Origin: Azolla caroliniana | Taxonomy: Eukaryota > Plantae > Polypodiophyta | Direction of reading: 5' to 3' | Assembly (NCBI GenBank): GCA_043228905.1 | Contig: JBHGNT010000006.1 | Coordinates: 11,594,001-11,658,000 of the forward strand | DNA: 64,000 nucleotides | In this document: positions 60,509-64,000 of the stretch, one piece after another | Layout: each line of letters starts with the position of its first letter | Position numbering within the stretch: the stretch's first letter is position 1 | Program-made: the position numbers and the translations under genes | The notes under the pieces: generated by a model | Databases searched by the model: none | What the model was told of the DNA's origin: nothing | The model's input: the letters and a program-made list of their open reading frames with translations, nothing else

Positions 60509-61469
60509 GTCGGGTTCACCAAAGATGTCGAGATATTATGCAAGTGCGTGTGGAATCGAGACGGGACCGCGGGGGTCTCGAACCAAAGAGCAAGCGAGGG
60601 AGGGGAAAGAGAGAGAGTACCGGCTACGCAGGACCGGGGATACACGGGGACACGGCCCTTCAGCACGGAGAACGCGAACAGACACCGACACAGACAGATG
60701 CGAATGACTAAATATGTGTATTAACAAAAAAAATGGCTAACACGACTACAACCCTCGATGGGGCACAGGTTGGTTACAACCGATCAGGCCGGCGAACAGA
60801 TGCCGATGCCTGTTCGCTTCGACGCACAAACGGGGTAGCAGGTCGGAGGTGCTGCCGGAAGCACTCGGGCGTTCCTCGAAACAGCGCGAGCCTCCTCGGA
60901 ACCCTGCACAGAGAGCTATGGAGCTCAAGAAGGAAGGAAACAGAGAGAGAAGCGTCCAGAAACGGTCCGACAGCACTTCGTCCTCTCTGCGCGAGATGCC
61001 CCCAACAGCTCTTTCCTGCTCCTTATATATATATCGACGAGCAGGCCGTCATGTCAGCTTTATTCCCTGTCCAGGGACAGGGATCCGCTCCGTTCTTTAC
61101 GCATCCGCGTAGTTACGCCGCCGACTCGTACAGTTCCTTAACTCGCGCGCGCGACCGAAAAGACTGTTCGCGCGGCGTTTGTCTCCACTTGTGTTAGGGC
61201 CCGTTCCTGCCGATTATCCTCCTAATTCGCTTTTATGTACTACTTGGAGCTTGCGCGCGTGAAGAACCGGTTCCCACGCCTAGGTGCGCCGATTCCTCCT
61301 ATGGACGGTTTTCTTCGCGACAGCGTGATTTCGGTTAACTCCATCAACATGTACGCTATCATCGATGAATACCGTCGTGGCATCTCGATGAAGGAAGCTG
61401 ACATCAACATGAAATATAAAACGGTGGATAAGAAGATCAAGCCAGTTGCAGTTCCGCTACCGGAAGATA

Positions 61470-64000
61470 TTACATTGAAATTACAAAGATTGGAATCAAC
61501 ATATTAGTAAAGCCACACATTTCGAATGCCACCAATCTTGTTAAACACATTTATGCAAGAATCGCTTTACTCACAATCTTTAATTTGAGCTTCTCCATGT
61601 GTTGGTCTTTTGTTGAGTCGTATAATGCCATTTCGTTACGTTTGAACTGGGCAACAAATTCTTACTCCGTGTATGGTCAAAGTGGTTCAGGCATTTAATT
61701 GAATTGGTTAAGTGCTCTCATCCTCAACTTTCTCTTATACGATTGGCGAGAACTATTGCATTTAAGTTCAACATTAAAAAAACCGTTTTATTGACATTTC
61801 CCTTTCATAATTGCTTGAGTATGAGGTACCAGAGTCTCCTGATGTCATTTGCTCCTCTTCCTCTATCTTCAACCCTCTTAGAATAATTGTACTAATTCCA
61901 TGTACCTTTCGCAAATGTATATTCATTTTCTTATGAACCCACTGTGGGTTTTGCTTGCATGACTCTGTAATTATACATGACAATAGTTCATGGATCATTT
62001 ATCTTATTTTGAACAACAACTACTCGATGAAATCTTAAATGATTTTCGTGATGTTTTTCCAAATGAACTACCACATGGGTTACCTCCTAAACGTAGTATA
62101 GACCATCATATATATCTTTTACCTGGGGTTGCACCAATAAGCATACCTCCATATCAATTACGTTGATCCGAAGAAGATGAGGCATCGAAACAACTCAAGG
62201 AATATTTACGAATGGGTTATATATGTTATAGTAAATCTCCATGGGGTGCATTTGTTCCCTTGGTAAAAAAGAAAGAGGCCACATGGCATATGTGTGTTAA
62301 ATACATATGTTTGAATAAAGTGACGATCAAGAATTCATGTACCTTGCCCCGAGTAGATGATTTGATTGACTGTCTCCAGGGACCTCACTACTTTTCAAAA
62401 CTTGATGTTTATATGGGCTACCATCAAATTTGGGTAAGTGAGGAGAATGTTCCTAAAACGGCATTTTGTACGCGCTATGGCCATTACGAGTTTTTGGTCT
62501 TGCTTTTTGCTCCAGCAACATTTCAACAAGAAATGAATGACATATTTTGAGAACAACTTGGAAAATTGGTCATTTTTTTCTTGGATGATATTCTAGTTTA
62601 TAGTCATACATTAGAAGAACATGGTAAACATGTTTGTTTTGTTTTACAAACATTTCACGGCAAGCAATTCTACGTGAAGATATCGAAATGCGAGTTCTTC
62701 AAGAAATGAATTACATATCTCAGACATCTCATAACCGAATGAGGAGTCAAAATTGATCCTTTTCGCATTGAGAAAGTCAAACTTTGGCCCACCCTTAGGA
62801 ATGGAAAAGGTTTAAAAGCCAAACGACTTAAAGCCGTTGAACTTTTACATCCCTTAGATATTCCAAACAATAAATGGGAAAATATATACATGGATTTTAT
62901 TGTTAGCCTTCTCGCACCCAAAAAGGCCATGACACCATTTGGGTTGTAGTTGACAGATTAACTAAAATGGCAAGGTTTATTGCTTCTAAAACCATGGTAA
63001 CAACTCTTGGATTGGCTTACCAATTCATTGATGAGTTGTTTCGTTTTTATGGGTTAACGATGAATATTGCGAGTGGTCGAGATTCAAAGTTTACTTGTGA
63101 CTTCTAGATGCAAGTCTTTAAGAAGTTGGAAACTACATTTAGCATGAGCTCCACCGATCATCCTGAATCTGATGGACAGATAGAATAGCTAAATCAAATT
63201 AATGATAACATGCTTCAAGCATATGTTACTATGAAGCCAACAAATAGGAACGTTACCTCCCACTTTTGGAGTTTGCTTATAATAGCTCCAAGCACACATC
63301 GATGGGATATAGGACTTTTATGTTGATATATGGCTTTCAACCACGTACCCATATTGATGTTAATATACGTCATAATATGTTGTGAAGTACACAAAACTTT
63401 CTAAAGGATATGCAAGATATGTTGCATATTGCACAAGATAATATAAAAACAGCTCAAGAAAAAGCACGTTTTTATGCCGACCATATTAGGCAACCCTAAT
63501 CTCTAACACAATCCCAAGAAGTAGTCCCAATGGGTAGCCACCCAACGGCTAGTCCCAACAACTAATCCCAACGTCCATCTTTGTCCTATATTATGAGGAA
63601 TACCCCTCATTTGTATTCATTCTCTAATTCACCAATTTTTCCCTAAGGAGCATAGAGTGCTCTCTCTCTCCCCCTAGCTGTTTTGGGATTTGTCTCGACT
63701 TGTCCTAACTCTAGATTTTGGTTGGTCCCAAATTGGGACTATTGTAGTCTTTACTTTGTTAATATAGTATATGGCCATGTTTTGTGCCCCGATGTGTTTC
63801 CCAATCACATGTTCTTGTGGTTTTAAGGACCCCCATAAAACAGGGGCATCACACTTGGTATCAGAGCATAAACACGAGGTGGTGGGGACGTGATGACAAG
63901 GAAGAAGAAGGCGATCAAAGGAAGAGAAAGAGATGAAAAGGGAGGTGAATGGTGTCGGGATGTGGGGAGCACATAGGAGGAAATAAGTTCAATTACAAAT
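61470..64000 (+). repeat. Near-identical second copy of 11703-14233
   Basis: Constant offset of 49767 bp (ORFs 11937/61704 and 12445/62212); only one substitution noticed (AGACTAAT vs AGAATAAT). Confidence 0.95.

Larger units (their letters stand above)
54009..61322 (-). mobile_element. Young GC-rich gypsy element G (tRNA-Trp primed, same lineage as E)
   Basis: 797-bp LTRs 54009-54805 and 60526-61322 with one difference noticed; PBS complement TCACGTCGGGTTCACCA 60505-60521; PPT complement at 54806; 4-bp TSD GCGT. Confidence 0.95.
44677..61469 (+). mobile_element. Gypsy element E (tRNA-Trp primed), host of F and G, truncated at 61469
   Basis: 5' LTR 44677-45659 (TGTCGTGAAGAT...ATCTTCACGACA); PBS TGGTGAACCCGACGTGA 45668-45684. 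Gag-protease continues across F; the pol start continues across G to KYKTVDKKIKPVAVPLP. Confidence 0.9.

Noticed and set aside
54930-60724. Many overlapping antisense and alternate-frame ORFs
   Set aside because: Expected shadows of a GC-rich gag-pol.

Overview
Repeat-dense eukaryotic DNA from a land plant; the retroelement types suggest a non-seed plant such as a fern (inference). Bases 1-4.6 kb hold a tandem tRNA-Lys(CTT) array with 575/662-bp units, each carrying one intact-looking and one degenerate tRNA. One host gene is present, an intronless SICKLE-like CDS at 9370-10638 (-). The rest is mostly nested LTR retrotransposons: several Ty1/copia elements, two tRNA-Trp-primed gypsy elements, and an intact self-priming chromovirus. 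The standout is a 7.6-kb DNA transposon (33093-40737) with 33-bp perfect TIRs and a 4-bp GAAG TSD, inserted in a copia gag. It encodes a Sola-like DDD transposase with a BAH/Tudor-like C-terminal domain. Divergently from it sits a six-exon gene (~990 aa) fusing a ParB/Srx-like domain to a bacterial-type beta-class N6/N4 DNA methyltransferase, with two long palindromes in its first intron. Bases 61470-64000 almost exactly repeat 11703-14233, pointing to a ~49.8-kb tandem duplication or a mis-assembly. All domain calls come from reading motifs by eye; no database search was run.
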